This document shows positions 61,651 to 64,000 of a stretch of DNA of 64,000 bases, piece by piece. Made by a program: the position numbers and the translations under genes. Position 1 is the stretch's first letter. The number at the start of each line of letters is the position of its first letter. Below the pieces are notes generated by a model. It ran no database searches and was not told where the DNA came from. It saw nothing but the letters and a program-made list of their open reading frames with translations. The stretch is from Ardenticatenaceae bacterium (GTDB lineage Bacteria > Chloroflexota > Anaerolineae > Promineifilales > Promineifilaceae): assembly GCA_027054335.1 (NCBI GenBank), contig JALUPA010000539.1:904-64903 (forward strand), written 5' to 3'.

Positions 61651-62676
61651 TTAAAAATCCCGCTGGAGGAGGAAGTCGGCCAGTTCGTTGAGGGTGCTGT
61701 AGGCTGCGCCGTTGGGCTGGGCGGCTTCCAGGTGGCCCTGGGCGCTTTGGGAGTAGTAGGTGGCTTTCTCAGTGGCGTACTGGCGGGCGCCGCTTTTATC
61801 CAGCAGGCGGATGGCTGCGGCGACAAAGGCGGGGTCAGTGTTTTCCTGCCGGTAAAGCTGGCGTAAGGCGGCGCTTTGGCTGAGGCCGTAGAGGACGGGC
61901 AGAGTCTTCTTTTTGGTGCTGATGTCGCTGCTGGCCGATTTGCCGATAACGGCTTCATCGCCCCAAATACCCAGGATGTCGTCTTTGACCTGGAAGGCCA
62001 GCCCCAGCTCCAGGCCGAATTGGGCGTAGTGGGCCACAGTTTGGGCGTCGCAGCCGGCAATCAGGGCGCCCAGTTCGGTGCAGAGGGAGATGAGTACGGC
62101 CGTTTTCCCCGTAATCATCTCGATATATTCCTCTACCGTCACACTTTCCCGCGTTTCAAAATCCATGTCGTTAAACTGGCCGCGCGTCAGGTTGAGGCAG
62201 GTTTCGTCAAAGCGGCGTAAGGCTTGCACCGTAATTTCTGCCGGAACGCCGCGCTCCAGCAGGCGGCTCATGGCCAGGTGCGCCTGGGCAAACATGGCGT
62301 CCCCGGCGTTGATGGCCTGCTCAATGCCCCAGATCGTCCACAACGTTTTACGGCCGCGCCGCGTGGGGCTGGCGTCTTCAATGTCGTCGTGGATAAGGGA
62401 AAAATTGTGCAGCAGTTCGATGGCGGCGGCGGCGGGTACAGCTTGCTGCCAATCCCCCCCGGCGGCCTGGTTGGCGAGGAGGAGGAGCAACGGCCGTATC
62501 TGCTTCCCGGCGTGAACTTGCACCGGCTGCATTTGCTCATCCACCCAGCCCATGTGGTAATGGTTCATGCCCAGAAATAAATCCGGCGTCACGTTGTCGT
62601 CATATTGCAGCACAGCCTTCATCTCTTCGTTGATGGCGGTCCGCATATCTTCTGTTTTGGCGAGAATTTTTTGCAT
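61651..62676 (-). CDS. polyprenyl diphosphate synthase (trans-IPPS, GGPP/longer)
   Basis: First Asp-rich motif LIHDDIED, RRG, and second Asp-rich motif KDDILG. Confidence 0.85.
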   Translation of the reverse strand: MQKILAKTEDMRTAINEEMKAVLQYDDNVTPDLFLGMNHYHMGWVDEQMQPVQVHAGKQIRPLLLLLANQAAGGDWQQAVPAAAAIELLHNFSLIHDDIEDASPTRRGRKTLWTIWGIEQAINAGDAMFAQAHLAMSRLLERGVPAEITVQALRRFDETCLNLTRGQFNDMDFETRESVTVEEYIEMITGKTAVLISLCTELGALIAGCDAQTVAHYAQFGLELGLAFQVKDDILGIWGDEAVIGKSASSDISTKKKTLPVLYGLSQSAALRQLYRQENTDPAFVAAAIRLLDKSGARQYATEKATYYSQSAQGHLEAAQPNGAAYSTLNELADFLLQRDF

Positions 62677-62724
62677 AATTGGTAATTGGGTAACTGGGTA
62701 ATTACGTAATTACCCAATTACTCA
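62677..62724. repeat. AATTACCC/GGGTAATT octamer-repeat hairpin
   Basis: AATTGGTAATTGGGTAACTGGGTAATTACGTAATTACCCAATTACTC, filling the whole gap between the idi-2 stop and the polyprenyl synthase start. Confidence 0.8.
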
Positions 62725-62727
62725 CTC

Positions 62728-63786
62728 TCAAAACTCCGTATAAAGCGACGTTTCGGCCAGCGCAGCCAAATCCTTTGCGCCGCTGGCGAACATGGTGATG
62801 CGCAGTTCGTCGCTTAAAATTTCGGCCGTTTCGATAACGCCGTCTACGCCGTTCTGATCCGCTGCCCGCAAAAAGTCACCGGCCAGTCCGACCAGATTCG
62901 CGCCGAGGGCGATACATTTGGCTACGTCAATGCCGTTGCGGATGCCGCCGCTGGCGAAAAGAGGCAGGTGGGGAGCGGCTTCCCGGCAGTATTGGAGGGA
63001 TACGGCCGTAGGAATCCCCCAATCAATAAACGTACTGGCTACCCGCGCGTGGCGGGTCGTCGGGGCGCGATACATCTCCACCTGGCTCCAGGACGTGCCC
63101 CCGGCCCCGGCCACGTCAATGGCCGCGATGCCTGCATCCGCCAACTGTCGGGCTGCCTGCCGGGAAAATCCCCAGCCCACCTCTTTGGCAATGACCGGGA
63201 CGGGCAGCCGGGTGCAAACCTGCTCCACCTTCGCCAGCAGATGGGCAAAATTGCCGTCTCCTTCCGGCTGGACAGCTTCCTGCAAGACGTTGAAGTGCAA
63301 AATCAGGGCGTCAGCCTGGCACATATCCACGGTGCGCTGGCATTCATCCAGGCCGTAGCCGTAATTGAGCTGCACTGCGCCTAAATTGGCAAAAAGGAGG
63401 ATGTCGGGGGCCACCTGGCGCACGTGGTAAGTGTCAGCCAGCGTGGGGTCTTCGATGGCGGCGCGCTGCGAACCCAGCCCCATGGCCATCCCCGTTTCCT
63501 GGGCGGCCGCGGCCAGAATGCGGTTGATTTCTCCCGCTTCGGGCGTGCCGCCGGTCATGGAGGAGATGAGCAGCGGCGTGCGCAGTCGTTTGCCGAAAAT
63601 TTCTGTGCTTAAATCTATGGCGTCCAGGTTTAATTCCGGCAAAGCCTGGTGCATAAAGAAATATCTTTCCAGCCCGGTGGTAAGCTGGTTAAAGGCCACG
63701 TCTTCTTCCAGATTGATACGAATGTGATCCGCCTTGCGTCGCTCGTGAATGGCGGCGTCGGCCGGCGGGTCCATGATTGCGCTCAT
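62728..63786 (-). CDS. fni: type 2 isopentenyl-diphosphate delta-isomerase (FMN-dependent)
   Basis: RKADHIRI, the LISSMTGG motif, and TIM-barrel FMN-binding glycine-rich stretches ([17 protein letters not shown]). Confidence 0.9.
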   Translation of the reverse strand: MSAIMDPPADAAIHERRKADHIRINLEEDVAFNQLTTGLERYFFMHQALPELNLDAIDLSTEIFGKRLRTPLLISSMTGGTPEAGEINRILAAAAQETGMAMGLGSQRAAIEDPTLADTYHVRQVAPDILLFANLGAVQLNYGYGLDECQRTVDMCQADALILHFNVLQEAVQPEGDGNFAHLLAKVEQVCTRLPVPVIAKEVGWGFSRQAARQLADAGIAAIDVAGAGGTSWSQVEMYRAPTTRHARVASTFIDWGIPTAVSLQYCREAAPHLPLFASGGIRNGIDVAKCIALGANLVGLAGDFLRAADQNGVDGVIETAEILSDELRITMFASGAKDLAALAETSLYTEF

Positions 63787-64000
63787 AAATTGACTCCGTT
63801 TTTCCTTTTCGGATAGCTTGCCAGGAGTATACTATGCCGTGAACTGAATGGCGAGAAAAAGAGGGTGACGGCCGTTGCTCTCTGCCATCTTGTGTTCAGG
63901 CAACGTGTAAGCCACGTCTGCTATACATTCTCTGGTTACGTGCCTGTGGGATTCGCCGCGACTCATGTGCCGGGTTACAATTCGCGGGCGCCATTTGACA

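Overview
This is a GC-rich bacterial chromosomal window with about 46 credible protein genes. I saw no rRNA, tRNA or CRISPR array. Gene content hints at a Chloroflexota-like filamentous bacterium (type-2 IPP isomerase plus archaeal-type thiolase, lipoproteins with long Pro/Thr/Glu tethers, beta-prime with a large insertion), but that is inference only.

Housekeeping content:
- 5'-truncated thiolase, GAF histidine kinase, ctaB and a NifU-like protein.
- A cobalamin-riboswitch-controlled BtuFCD-type importer and an FAD oxidoreductase.
- A Mop-type molybdo-aldehyde oxidoreductase divergent from a BMP/nucleoside ABC operon, whose binding protein is internally duplicated.
- alaS, purH, a NUDIX hydrolase and an ABC-F ATPase.
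- A copper module: CopB-type P-ATPase, cytochrome c and two DUF3105 paralogs.
- MscS, a solitary rpoC, a polyprenyl synthase and a type-2 IPP isomerase.

Accessory content:
1. A complete diversity-generating retroelement (DGR) at 25.26-30.16 kb. Its target is a NACHT/STAND NTPase with a C-terminal FGE/C-type-lectin-fold domain. VR (27998-28126) and TR (28290-28418) differ at 12 positions, all of them TR adenines. The avd gene is inverted, and its start overlaps the RT start on the palindrome ATGATCAT.
2. A REP-associated tyrosine transposase (RAYT) bracketed by two direct copies of a 153/154-bp GTAG...CTAC structured element. Five short GTAG...CTAC hairpins lie elsewhere in the window.
3. A yefM-yoeB toxin-antitoxin pair with a TGTACA operator.
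4. An AT-rich type II R-M islet.
5. An HTH-NB-ARC ORF and a TPR ORF separated by a single in-frame TGA carried by a repeat, next to a tiny gene for a secreted two-Cys peptide.

Sequence-scale signals:
- The palindromic octamer ACGGCCGT occurs about 105 times (hand count). It sits in all codon phases and in intergenic DNA, which is HIP1-like behaviour. There are conspicuous gaps over the DGR accessory module, the duplicated binding-protein gene and the R-M islet.
- Several families of tandem 7-8-nt repeats arranged as hairpins sit at gene ends and repeatedly supply stop codons.
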